DNA of 64,000 nt from Selaginella moellendorffii (GCF_000143415.4 NW_003314352.1:612278-676277), one strand, 5' to 3'; counted from the stretch's first letter, positions 1 to 12,179 are shown. The notes: generated from the letters alone by a model not told the origin. Made by a program: numbers and translations.

Positions 1-1371
1 TAGCATGGGAGTGTTTTAAATTTCAAATGGTAATAGGTGAGGCTTTCCCTTAATCACTACAGAGTTAAGAACTGCTGGCTATTGTGAATGATGAGATGTC
101 CAAGAATAAAAGATGAGTACAAAGGTATCCTTCAAGCTTAAAAGACTGTCTATTCTTTGATCGTGGCGCAAAGTTGAGCCGTTGGAGAATTCTGGTTCTA
201 TGGCGGATTATTGCCACTCTCTTGTCAACGCGCCAATGCCACCACCACTATCCAACAAACGGTTGCTTCCTGTCCGTCCGCAATCCAGGTACTGATGAAC
301 CTTGCTTGTGCTCCAAATGTCTTGTCTGCTCTCTGTCATCAGACGAATTGGATGATGCTCGTGAGATGATCCCGTCCTCATCCTGCTTTCCAGGCGCGTC
401 CGAGTCCCGGAGAAGAGTTCATCACCAAGTGTTGTGTCAACTGTTTGAGGGTTACGCGGCTGATTGTGGGCTGTGACACCATTACGGCTGAGTCACCGAG
501 AGGCAACGCTTGTGTGTGTGTTCGTTTTTCTGTGGTGTTTTTGGCGCTTCAGCTTTATAGAGTCGTTCTCTCCTAGCGGTGCTCTAGGGGGTAAGACTGT
601 CAGATTTTCTGAAATCTGAGTGCATTAGCCGTTCAGTATTGGGAAGCAGTGCACTCTCGATGTGAACGAGTGAGTGGTAGTCTAGACTGCTACAAAAGAT
701 GGAGAGATCAGTTAGTAAAACTCTTACAGTGCGTGTTCTTCACAACTCTGACTCACATAATCTGACGCAGCGGTTCAATTTTACTTAGGCGATGGATCTG
801 TTGGACGCGCTCCAGTAGTCAACGCTCGCAATTCCACTCCCGTCACCTACACTGAGACTCCAGGGATCCCTACACAGCACTCGATCCGGACCCCAGGGAA
901 ACCTGGTGGAGGGAGAGTTGTAGCTGAGCACCAATGCTTTGCTGGTAATTTGGCCTTGAATTTGATTGTATTATAACTTAAGGCCATTAAATAAGGAGCA
1001 TCTATTTATACAAGATAAGGTAAGTTCTTACGCTTCAGAAGTGGGATTTGCTTGAGAATTTCATTAAACTTCCACCAAGCCAGCACAAGTTTTGCCAATT
1101 GCCTAGCATTTGCTACGCAAATTTCTATTTAAATTTAATGGTTCAGTTTGAATACTTTTAACATCCAGATTAAAATTTATTACCTAAATTTAATCTGGAA
1201 AGTGTACATTTAATTTAAGTATAAAAGGTATTGCTTCTTTATCCTTTAGACAATTAAATAATCAAGCTAAAAAAACGTGCACGAAATATCCTCTTTAGAT
1301 TTTCTTATTCTCACTATGCACTGACGAAAATAAGAAGTGACAATATCTCCGCTGAACGAGCTTGCGCTTGC

Positions 1372-2410
1372 TTAGAACACGTCCGGGTTGTAGCGATTCG
1401 GGATGGAGCTGTTGTCTTGGGCTCTTCTCAGGTGGACGGTGAGCGCGTAATTGTTAAGCTGTGGACATGACACAAAAGGATTATTCATGCCACGAAAGCA
1501 ATGAGCGATGGTTTGGCTTACCTCTAGAGTCCTCATTTGTTCCTGGTACTGTGTCACGAGTTGCTTCAAATGCTTCACCTCCTTCCCCTTCTCGTCGATC
1601 TCCGCCGAGTAGCGCTCGTGTTGGATGGCCACTGCCCGCTTGAGGATTCCATTGTCTTTCACCATCACTTGCAGCTGCCCCTTGAGCGTTTCATTCTCCT
1701 AGAAACAAATGGAAACAGGCAGCAGTGGCTTAGCGAGCAGCCAGTGAAAGAGAAAAATCCACACCTTTTGGATGGCTTCCACTGCAGCGGCATTTCGAGT
1801 CGTGACGGCCTTCTCGAAAGACTCCAGTGCTCTGGTTGCGCGCACGCGAGCGTCTGTGAGGTCTGTGGCACTGAGCATCTCCCGCACGAAGAGCTCCACC
1901 CATTCCAATCCTTCGCTGCTCGCTGGCTGTTCCTGCTGCTGGTGGGCCGACGCTGCTGGCGCGTGCTGCGAAGCACTGCTCACCGCTGGCCTCTCGTTGG
2001 AGAGCCGCAAATCGTTGAGGCATTTGATGGCATCGTCCAGATTGTTTCCACAGTTCTCAATGACCTTCTCGACAAGCTGGCGAAAAAAGAGAAAAAATAA
2101 ATCAAACAACGTCAACTTCAGGAAAAGAAAGCTTCTTTTCTCTTCGAAGAAAAGAACGCGTTTTTACCTGTCCATCCATGTCAGGATACAAAGCTCTGAG
2201 CTGGAGAAAGATGTCGTGTGACGAGGAGGAAGGAGAGCTCGGCCCAGTGGTACCAGGAGAGCTGCTCCGGCCAAAAACCGGAGCCGCCGAGGGAAAACGA
2301 ACTGGAGAATTCGAATTCCCACCGCAGCGTCTCTTGGAGAGGGGAGTCGAGATTGGAGGAGACCCGTGTAGCTCGTCAAAATGCCGCTTCTGACAAACAG
2401 CCGCAGACAT
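1372..2410 (-). CDS. CUE-domain (ubiquitin-binding) coiled-coil protein, 4 exons
   Basis: N-terminus MSAAVCQKRHFDELHGSPP, CUE motif LRALYPDMD...LVEKVIENCGNNLDDAIKCL, C-terminus LNNYALTVHLRRAQ..PDVF typical of plant CUE proteins. Pieces joined by GT-AG introns (first donor 2167). Confidence 0.85.
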
Positions 2411-3117
2411 GGCAACTGGTGCGACCCACTTTTCTTCGTGATGGCGCTAATCCAAACGTCCTATAACACTCTTCAATCCTGCAAGCTCCACGGATAACAA
2501 ATCCCTGCTCATGCGCCCCCCGCGAAGAACCCTAGAAATTCCCCTCGGATCCCCCAATCTGCCGTCGCAGCCGCTCACCTTGCGCACGAAGCTATGCCGG
2601 CTGCGATGACGCGCCCCGCATTCCAAGAACCCTAGCCCGAATCACACGCCTTAACAGCGCCGCTTGGGGGCTTTTCTAGCTTTCTAGGGCAATAAAATAC
2701 AGCGAAACGGCAACGAGAAAAGTTAGCGGCTGGTTTAGTTTTAAGAACGGGTATATTCCTTGCGCGTACGCGTGCCACGTGGCAGAGTGTCCGTACCGGA
2801 TTTTTAGGGTTTCTTCAGCTGAGCCGTCGTGTCTCTCCAATGGGCAACCGGCCTTGCGCGTCGCGAGCGCGACGAGGGAAGCCGGTGCCGCATTTGGGAA
2901 GCGCTAGAGCTGTGCGGCGGCGCGGGCATGGAATTTCCGTGCTGGCGCCTCATGCGTTTCCGGGGAATGCATTGCAATTGCAATGGTTGATACTCCTCCG
3001 TGTAAGTTTGTCCCTTTCCTCGTCGCTCTCTCCACTTCTCCTGATAAGCTCGCCTCTAGCTGGCCTGTGATCGTTCTTCCCGGTTTGGAGTTTGGACAAG
3101 AGAAGGAGAAACGAAAG

Positions 3118-5705
3118 ATGGGAGACACCAAGAAGAAATGCCTGGGGCGATTCGAGACCTCCTACATGAGGGCGGTAAGTTCTTGCGCGTATCGTTCGTT
3201 CTAGAGTCCTTTTCGTTTTTCTAGATGGCCCCTCCGGAGCCTTCGGACTATCCTCCACGCACTCGAGACTATGGTCAGTACATGAAGGTGCTAAACAACA
3301 TCGAGATGAACAAGAAGTTCCAGTTCCCGATGGGCCTCCCGAAATACAAGTAAGTCTCTCTCGCTCCCAGCTCCAAAGTTGGTCTGATTGATCGGAGTTT
3401 GACACAGGTATGATTTCTGCGATGAGAAGTATCCTCTCCCCGGAGAGAAGAAGAAACCATCCAAGCCGCCGCTTAAGTACAAGCCGAGTTGTCCACAGTA
3501 CGCACCATACCACTCGACGATGCAAGACATGAGTTTGATCCAGCGACGCCTTGACACGGAGCCCGAGCAGGAGCATACGTGGTACCGTGACAAGGTAAAC
3601 TTTCTCCTTTACCGCGGAAGAATGTTTCGGGTGGTTTTGCTTGGGTCATGTCTCTTCGTGTCATGTCCTTTAGTTTTTTTCGTGCCTGTTTTGCGAAAGA
3701 GCTTTGGTTTTTCATGAGGGGGTAAGGCATGGTGTGAGCAGACGGACAGCATGCAAATGAAGAAGCTTGGGCAGATTAAGGAGCAGCTTGACAGTCTCAA
3801 ACAGTTGTTTGTGGAGGAGCGGGGGAAGTGCCAGGATCTGGAGGTACAACTCGAGCGTTTGAGGGCGAAGTCTTCTCAGACACCGAGGAGGAGAGAAGTG
3901 GGCATTAGCGGCAGTAGGGAGGAGACTCCACGGATCAACGAGAGGCTCCTCAAGTCGTCGGAGGCCGACAAGGTTCTCTCTTGGCTGGCGACTTTTGACG
4001 AAGGTGGTGGTGGTGGAAGTTATGGCAACAATGCGTCGACCGCCGTCGCAAGCACGGTTTTTGATAAGCAGAAGTCGCCGCGAAAGACGTGGGCTTTCAA
4101 GGACCAGGTCTGCTTGCCGGGATTTCATCATTCCAGAGAGAAGGTAATGCAAGCATGGATGGGATTTGAGCAAGGTGAAAAGGAAACTATTGGTGATTAC
4201 AGTGAAAGGTTTTGGAAGCTACGGATGGAGATGATGGGGGTGCAGTCGCTGAGCAACGAGGAGCAGCTTCGCAGGTTCACTGCTGGGCTCAAGTTTAAGA
4301 TCAGAAATGAGGTGACTGCCTTGAGGCCGGGTTCTCTGTCCGATGCTATACTGCTAGCTGAGAGAGCTGAGGCTCGGAGCGCTGCCAAAACTAGGCCGAC
4401 TCGAGCCAAGTCGAAGAAGCTCCCGATGAAAGCTAGCGTGATTGCAGAGACAGCGGGAAAGAAACCGGGGCAGCTCCAGTTGCTAAGTCCGGTGGAGCAA
4501 ATACAGTACTTAAATCGTCACAGCTCTTGCGGGTGTAGGAAGGAGGATCTGCCTCCCGAGGACCAAAAGCAGCAGCAGTAGATGGCTCTTCCAAAGAATG
4601 TTGCTTCCTAGCGGCTCGAAAATAAATGGACAAAGAAGTTCAACAACGTCGTTTCTAGCTAGAGCTTCGACAACCGCAGAGATGGTTTTCTTTATTTATT
4701 TTTCTCTTTTTTCTTCTGGGAATCTTGAGTTAGAGTGACGTTTCTGTCGGTCTTGGTTCGTACAGGTGGATTTCTTCTTCTTCTTCTCTTTTGTTTTGGT
4801 TGATAATGGTGGACTATCCTTGCAGAAACCACCGAGGATTATCAGGCCTATCGACTTGTTTTCAAAGAAACCGAGGACAGCGAGTCCAAAGTGTGGCCAA
4901 AGATCAACGTGTGATGATACCGACTGCGACTCTCATCTAGAAGAGAGGTCCGTTTAACACAAGTTTCTGTTGCGACAAAGGCTTTCTGTTTTTCCAGGAT
5001 ACCCGAGAGTTCATTCCACAGGCTAGAACGCGTTCGTCACGAACTTAAGCTGCAAGACGACCCACGGTAAATTCTTCCCTCTTCTTCCTTAAAAGAACGT
5101 TTTGGTAAATCAGGACTGTGCTCGGAGCCTACTACGATCGCTTGCAAACGGCTCCCGAGCCCAAGGAACGCCCGAAGATGCCATATTTTGCTGGAGCAAA
5201 GAAACGGCCCATTCCTCCACCTCCGCCAAGACCAAAGCCTCCTCAGGTAACTACAAAAGCATTCTTTTCCATAGCTTAACGAGCAAAAGTTCTTCACAGA
5301 TGGATAGGATCATCCTGGACAAGTCACGAACTTCGAGAGAAGGGACCACGTATGGCTTCGCCAACAGCATGACGATGAGAGCCGGAGCGATGCTATCGCC
5401 ACCGCAGAAAGATCCCAGAGACAAAGTAAGCTGCTCTGTCTCGATCAACCAATCACTTTACTTGTTCTTGGTTTTCCACAGCCCAAGGAAGGAGTTCATT
5501 CATTCTTCTCGCGAGGATCCTCAGACTTGACATCAGAGAATGGAACTGTAAGTTCCCCTTTCTATGATTTCATCTTCTCGCAAGAAATTCACGCTAGATA
5601 TCCTTCCAGGCGATGGCCGAGTGCTTCTACGCTCATGCGAGGCCTTATGGAGCTACATTGGTTACTTTGGCGGCAGACAAAGCCCTTAACTCGAGGTACT
5701 TTTAA
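3118..5705 (+). CDS. Orphan Pro/Lys/Tyr-rich protein of unknown function, 9 exons (intron 3 = 3595-4825)
   Basis: Exons 3118-3174, 3225-3349, 3408-3594, 4826-4947, then five short exons to TAA 5703-5705. All join in frame through GT-AG introns. No family recognised. Confidence 0.65.
3751..4581 (+). CDS. Ty3/gypsy Gag-derived single-exon ORF (coiled coil + capsid-like domain), nested in a host intron
   Basis: 276-aa ORF. FEQGEKETIGDYSERFWKL...LSNEEQLRRFTAGLKFKIRNEV...SLSDAILLAERAE matches the retrotransposon Gag major-homology/C-terminal capsid pattern. Degenerate knuckle near the C-terminus. No pol. AATAAA at 4621. Confidence 0.75.
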   Translation: MQMKKLGQIKEQLDSLKQLFVEERGKCQDLEVQLERLRAKSSQTPRRREVGISGSREETPRINERLLKSSEADKVLSWLATFDEGGGGGSYGNNASTAVASTVFDKQKSPRKTWAFKDQVCLPGFHHSREKVMQAWMGFEQGEKETIGDYSERFWKLRMEMMGVQSLSNEEQLRRFTAGLKFKIRNEVTALRPGSLSDAILLAERAEARSAAKTRPTRAKSKKLPMKASVIAETAGKKPGQLQLLSPVEQIQYLNRHSSCGCRKEDLPPEDQKQQQ

Positions 5706-5970
5706 GTATCAGCCGTTCGAGTGGCATTTTGCCAAGTTTGAATGGAGCGTTGAAAATTGACTGGGCCATTGACCCCGAAACCGCGGTGCTTGGGCCACTG
5801 GCTGGCCACCACGTGTGTGCTGCTGTGGAAGCGGTGTGGATGAAAGGACGTGTGTAAATTTTCGAAAACCCTAGGGCGGGAGTTCTCCCAGGGCAGCAGG
5901 GCGATGGCGATCATCTTCAAGTGAGTGAGCTATAGATCGATCGGTATCGCAGGAGCAGCGGCGAGTTCTC

Positions 5971-8255
5971 ATGGCATTCATAGAGGTCAGGCCAGTGCTG
6001 CAAGAATCCGATGCACTAAAGGATCTCGAGGCGCTGTACTTCCTGGCGCAAAAGAGGAGCTTGGTTCTTGAGGAGAAGCATCTGTCGATCCGAAAGGAGG
6101 TGGCCAAGCTTCGCGATATGGTGCTGGAAATGCAGATGGATCCGGTGTTCATCCCCGTCCAGATCACGGAGTGCGACGAGTGCGTCGAGGTGAGCTCGCC
6201 AGACGCGCTGGAGGTGGAAATCCGGCAGCTCCAGGACGAGAGAAATTCGGCGCTCCAGGAGATGGAGAAGAACACGGTGTTTTGCAGCGATTATAGCAGC
6301 TTCATGGAGCAGAAGACGTGCGCGCTTGTGGAGAAGATGTACGAGTACTACGTCAACCTCCATTCCAAGATCGAGGAGATCATGAAATCGAGGAACAAGG
6401 CCGTGGAGGAGCTCCACTACGTGTTGGGAATCATCGCCAAGATGGAGAGTAGCTTGGATGCGTTCCAAGCAGCACACAACCAGGTACTTCTCGTCGACAG
6501 CTTCACACACCTTTGTGTTATTGCTTGCTGATTTGAGAAAGGGATAGTTGGCTCACAGACGGTTGCAGAGAAAGAGAGCCTGACGAGGGAGCTGTGGCAA
6601 GCTCGAAGCGATAAAGACCGGATTTTCCGAGAGCTCTCGGAGTTTATCAACCGGGAGGAAAACGTCAATGCGACGGTGAGGAGGCTCACAGTGGACAAAG
6701 AAAGGCTTCAGAAAGAACTCAGCAGCTTTGTGGCTGAGAAAGAAAGTCTGGCGAGGAATCTCAACAAAGTTGTGGAGGAGAAGACGAACATCGCCTCCGA
6801 GAGAGAAGCGTTGGTCAAGAATTTGAGCCAGGTTGCTGCCGAGAAGGAGCGTCTTCATGTAGAGTATAAGACCTCGCAGTTCGAAAAGGAAGATAACATC
6901 CGGAGGCTAACTTTGCACAAGGACCGTCTTGAGGAAAGCATATCGAGCATTACATCCGAGAAGGACAGCTTGGCCAAAAATCTGAAGAAGGTGGCGTTTG
7001 AGAAGGAACGTCTTGAAGAGGACATGAAAAGCGCGCACTCGGAGAAAGAAGCTCTTGCGACAAACTGTAGAAGGCTGACTGTACATGCAGAGAGTTTAGA
7101 GGGAAGTATAGGGAGGATAACGTCGGACAAGGATTCGCTTGACAGGAACTTAGCAAGGGTGGCAGCAGAGAAGCAGCTTCTCTGCGTAGAAAACGAAGGA
7201 TTGCAGAGGGAGAAGAGGAGCCTCTCTTTGTGCAAAGACAGATTAGAGGAAGATCTCAAAGCTACTCGAACACAGATAGATGCTTTGGGCGATCAAATCG
7301 GCGGGTTTGTGAAAAGCAGGGAGAGTATGGCTAAGGAAATCACAGACTTGACGTCGCAGAAGGAAGCTCTAACGAAAGAAGTCTCTAGCATTTCTTCCCA
7401 GAAGGAGAACTTGTCCAAGCAACTCACAGCCGTCATGGCTGAGAAAGACAACCTTGCGAAAGAGCTCAAGGAGAAAGTGTTAGAGAAAAGCAGGCTGGAG
7501 AGCGACGTGAGAGTGAAGTCCTCGAATATCGACGCACTGGAGAAGAAACTCAAACAAGTGGAAGGAAGAAGGTACAAACCGCATCTCTCCTTCATGCATT
7601 AGAAAGACCCCACGCTCTTCACTTGTCCTGCAACGTTGCAGAGACATGCAGGAATTTATTCTGGAAGATCGTTCTAAGCAATTATGCCACACTCAGCAGG
7701 GATCCAAGGAAGAGGAAATAAAGTTTGCCACTGCCGCCATCCTCCGCCTCCAAGCGAAGTTTATCAACCTGGAAGACCAGCTCAAGCGGATCAGGCGGTA
7801 CACTGTCCAAGGAAAAGGGGGAAACTCAGAGATGGTAGAAGCAGACTTAGTCCGGATTTGCGAGGAGTACAAGCAGCTTCGCTCAGGTAGATGCTCTCTT
7901 TTACGTTTTCTTCTCTAAAGGATTTGTCATGGCAGACTTGGGAGAGGTTCGCATCCAGAAGGAAAACATCGAGTCAACGATCAAGCAGCTCGACTCGGGC
8001 ATTTCGACGAAGCGCAACATGTTGGAGATGACCGAGAGGCACTTGCAGGTATGCACGGGCATGCTCGTCCAGTGGCAAGCCGCTCACTGTCCTCGTGGCG
8101 CAGGGAGCCATCTCCATGCTCGAGATCATCACCAAGAAAGCCAAGGAGTTGCAACACGTTACTGTCCATTGGAGGCCTTGATGATCCATAGGCATCAATG
8201 CTGTAGTACACACAGCTGTGGTTTTTTACAGGAGGGAGACGGGCATTCTAGATAG
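5971..8255 (+). CDS. Long coiled-coil protein with internal repeats (lineage-specific), multi-exon; 3' end uncertain
   Basis: E/K/L-rich heptad ORFs 5971-6483, about 6559-7570, about 7640-7887 and about 7937-8048, separated by GT-AG introns. Repeated RRLT..K..LE....S.EKDSLA.NL..VA.EK units. Confidence 0.6.
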
Positions 8256-8797
8256 CTTCCTTTGTATATATATAAATTACTCGAGGGAATTCATTGATGT
8301 CAATGTGATGTGATCTATCGATGAGCTGATTTGTCTTTTAATTCTACTGGCGCCAGAGCAAAGGAAGAAACTCCCTCCGTAATGATATTTGAATCGTTTA
8401 TGAATTATAAGCATGTGTACTGAAATATTTTTGGTCGAGTAGTCTACGGGTGCGTTTCACGCGTATCAGACTTGATTATACGACAGCCTTGGCATCTTGC
8501 ATCAAGTTGATCTATAAAAGAAAGAAAAGCTTCAAGGATTTGGTAAGGCCTGAGACCATGCAGGAAACTCGGAATCTTTTTTAAGAAATGATAATCCCAG
8601 CCAACTTCGAAGGTTTTCGAAGGAAACTGTAGATGCACGGTGACAATGTCGACAATCACTCGAAGAAGAATGTTTTCGTACTTGGGCACAAACAAGTGCA
8701 CAGCTCCAGGAACGTAAAGTTTCCAGTTTGGATCTCACTGGAGAATGGTAGTATGTTCTGCAGTAATAGGACAAATCCTGGAGCAAGGAAGCCTCGG

Positions 8798-9690
8798 ATG
8801 CTACGGCGTGGGCTGTGGTCGCCATTTGAAGACGAGTTATTGATCGAGTGCGTGCTCAAGCACGATCACAGCCGATGGAGTTAAGTTCGAAAGCATGCTA
8901 GTACATATATACACACCAGTCATGAGAAGCTTTCGTAGGCAATTGTCTGTGATGATCACTGAGCTAGTTACAGGCGGGAAGAGCCGCAGGCTGCAACTAT
9001 CTGAGGCCGGGGCTCAACCACAGTGATTTCTGAAGGAGTTCATTGTGGGAATGCATGCAATTGTGGTGGGTCATGAATATGTTTCTACTGTTTCTGAAAT
9101 TTTGTCCTGTGCATAACTGGCACATGGTCTGCAAAGCTCCCCGGTCGCACGGACAACCAGATCAAGAACTGCTGGAACTCCACCATCAGAAAGAAGTTGA
9201 TGGTGCTTGGGACACAAACTAAATTCTAAATCCCAGCAGGCTAAAAACACGACTTCATTAGGCACAACAACCCGCAGTGAACTCGAAGCTCCCGCTACTG
9301 CCAGATCCACTGAAGTGGCTTCTTGGGCATTCACAAACAGCAACAGTAGCAGAAGCAGCAGGAGAAATTCTCCAATTTCGTCAATGGTGGGATTGTGACG
9401 AGAATTTGATAGCTGAGGCAGTGGTACGATTCAAATGTCTCAATTCCAGGCTCAGAAACAGCAGCACGAGGATCATCAAGATCAATGCATCAATGCCTTG
9501 GTTTCGAGGCTGGGCCTCCCGCTACAAACATCCTCAACCCTTTCGATCTCACACACATTTTCGATGCTCCAGAGAAGCGGGTCGTGCAAACCCGATGCTG
9601 CCCGTTTTGCCAAAACGGGCAGTTCTTTTCTGGAGGAAGACGGGGCTGGATATTCGGCTCATCTTGAAGGACAAACCATTCTTCTTTGAA
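8798..9690 (+). pseudogene. R2R3-MYB pseudogene
   Basis: LRRGLWSPFEDELL...W then premature TAA (8882). Deleted/frameshifted GKSxRL..NYLRPG. R3 end [23 protein letters not shown] at about 9131-9199. Confidence 0.8.
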
Positions 9691-9759
9691 CACGAACTCC
9701 ATATATTCCTTGTATAAACTATTGACAATTTATAAAATAAGAGTGTGTTAAAGCTCGCA

Positions 9760-10400
9760 TGCTACTTCTGGAATACCATTCTAGGGCGCTTGGTCGAAAA
9801 GGCGTCTCACGGCTCCTCGGATGCCGGAGCAGCCTGGTTGGCGGCGTTTATTGGAGCTATGCGGTACTGGGGGACGTGAAGCGGGTGTTTGAGCGGCTGC
9901 CAGATGATGTTGCGAAGATGAATGCCATAGTTTTAGCGAATGCCGCGAATGGAGAAAAGTGTACGTTTATGGGAAACATCACAGAAGAATATACAAAGTC
10001 TCTTTAGATGGAAGAGGGGAAGACACTGTTTTATTTGTGCCGGAAAGGCACAAAAACTCGTGAAATGCTGCTCTTGCAGCTTATGCAGTAAACGGGCATC
10101 CTGAGGAATCTGTTTCAACCTTTGGGAAGATGTCTTACTGCAACAGTCTCTGGTGGATGGCTGCCTTGCACACAAGTTGCGACTCGAGGATGCTAACATT
10201 CTCTTTAACAACACTCCACAGCACAATGTGGCGTCGTGGAACAACATTGTCGGCGTGTATGCCGACCAGCGGAGCTGCAAGCGGTTTGCATGGATGAGAG
10301 CACTACCGCAGCCTGGCGAGAAAGATGTGACGGAGGTGGAACTGCTGGTTCTTTTTCACCGGATGCTCTGGCATGGTCGACGGTGCTGGGACGAAAGCTT
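9760..10400 (+). pseudogene. PLS-class PPR gene fragments
   Basis: YAVLGDVKRVFERLPDDV..NAIVLA and DANILFNNTPQHNVASWNNIVGVYA are PPR-like motifs, broken by stops and frameshifts. Confidence 0.6.
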
Positions 10401-10403
10401 ACA

Positions 10404-11090
10404 ACGGACAAGAATTCGCTTGACAGGAAGCAAAGGTGGCAGCAGAGAAGCTAGAAAACGAAAGATTGCAGAGCAGGAAGAGGAGCCTCTCTCTGTGCAA
10501 GGACAGCTACTAGTGCACAGAGCGATCAAGTGAGTTTGTGAGCAGGGAGAGCATGGCAAAGAACAGACTTGACGTTGTAGAAGGAAGCTCTAGTCATTAA
10601 CATGTCAGAACTCGTGAGAAAGAGCTCAAGGCGAAAGTGGTGGAGAAAGAAACCTGGAGAAGAAGCTCAGAAGGTACAAACCGCATCCCTGAGCAGCAGG
10701 CAAGAATTCAATTGCATTGCATTGCATACAATGGGCACAGCGAGACTAAAAACAGCATATAGATGGATAGATCTTGTCCTGCAACGTTGCAGAGACATGC
10801 AGGAATTTATTCTGGAAGAGAAGAAAGTTCGCCTCCGCCGACATCCTGGAAGACCAGCGGATCAGGCGGCACACAGTCCAAGGCAGAGAAGCGGATTTGC
10901 GAGGAGCTTCGCCCAGGTACCTTTTAGATATCTTTTTTACGTCGTCGTCTCTGTTGGGGATGCACTTGCATGTATGCACGGGCTCGTCCAGTGGCAAGCT
11001 GCTCACCGTCAGGGAGCCATCTCCATGCTCGAGATCATCACCAAGAAGGTCAAGGAGTTGCAACACGTTACTCTCCCGCTGGAGGCCACT
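10404..11090 (+). pseudogene. Deletion-riddled duplicate of the 3' part of the 5971-8255 coiled-coil gene
   Basis: Collinear near-identical blocks, e.g. TTGTCCTGCAACGTTGCAGAGACATGCAGGAATTTATTCTGGAAGA at about 7623 and 10774, and CGGACAAG.ATTCGCTTGACAGGAA at about 7123 and 10404. Confidence 0.85.
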
Positions 11091-12101
11091 AGGGAGACGA
11101 GCATTTTCGAAGCTCTGTGAATTACTTGAGGGCTGGAAGATTGAGCCATGATCAAAGCTTACCAAGGCTGGCGGCATAACCTCCTCAAGGACCTTGTTAC
11201 GATCAAAAGCCACGCACAGCCCTCGTTCCATATTTTCAGCCTCTTGCTTGCAATCGACCGTTATCTGATTTTCTGCCGTTCAGAGCCCTAAAACTTCAGG
11301 TGCCACCTCCACATTTCTCCCTTCCCTCACTCGATTATGCGTTGACACCCTGGAGCCAGCCCTCCCTCCTCAGAGCATGTAAGTCCGTGCCCGTATCCCT
11401 TTTGTGAGGTCAAGAGCGTGGTGAGGGTCAAGAGGGCCCTGCAGTCGTTCTCAATTCCCACCTCACCTCTTGGCGTCCCGTATACTATCCTCTTCCATTC
11501 TCTCATGGAAATCTTGGTAGCGCCCGTGGCTTCTCTCCCCTTTCAGCATTGCGTGGGTGCCCTCTTACTGCTTCACCAGTGTTAAACAGGTGGTGAGTGG
11601 TGGAGTTGCGACGGCGCTGCACGACGGTGCAGACGTTCTCAGTCCTCAGATACGCTCACAAAAAGTTGCATTCTTGCATCCATGCATTCAAGTGACAAAG
11701 TTGAGCGCCGCATGATTAAAAACAGCATAGAGGTAGATAGGTAGATGGATAGTTCCTGCCCTTTCTGCCTCGAGTATTGCTTACCACTAGTGGAGGATGG
11801 AAACACTAGGAGATGAACCATGTGTGTACACCACTTCGTGGCGAAGAAAGAGCGCACATGGCTTATTTGGCTAGTTCGCCACTGTTGCCTCTTGCAGCTC
11901 CTGTACAGCAAAGTTAGTGCAAGGAAAAGGCCAATCTGTGATAGCAATCTCTAACAGATTGGCTTTTTCCACGGCACAGACTTGTGTTTAGAAGATCTCC
12001 TGATACTAGCTTGAGCAGATCCACTGGCAGCAGCAAAACTGAAGAGTGCATGCAAGGGGAGGTAGTAGGAGCATCCATGCATATGTTTAGATGGTTCCTC
12101 C

Positions 12102-12179
12102 TATTGCTCCTCTCTTCCTTTTCGTTAATCAAGCTCAGCTTGATCATTCGCATCAACGACAAGGAAGAGAGGAGCAATA
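12102..12179. repeat. Inverted repeat / fold-back hairpin (28-bp stem, 2 mismatches)
   Basis: TATTGCTCCTCTCTTCCTTTTCGTTAAT ... ATCAACGACAAGGAAGAGAGGAGCAATA. Confidence 0.85.

Noticed and set aside
174-960. ORF 174-476, a minus-strand TATA plus 34-aa ORF near 480-560, and a TGGTGCTC PBS-like motif near 925
   Set aside because: No recognisable domain, no LTR pair and no identifiable tRNA match. The region is at the window edge, so nothing can be supported.
1164-1199. 15-bp AT-rich inverted repeat
   Set aside because: Short and low-complexity, expected by chance.
11100-12060. ORFs 11639-11947 and neighbours as a gene or TE
   Set aside because: No motifs or consistent splice chain recognised.
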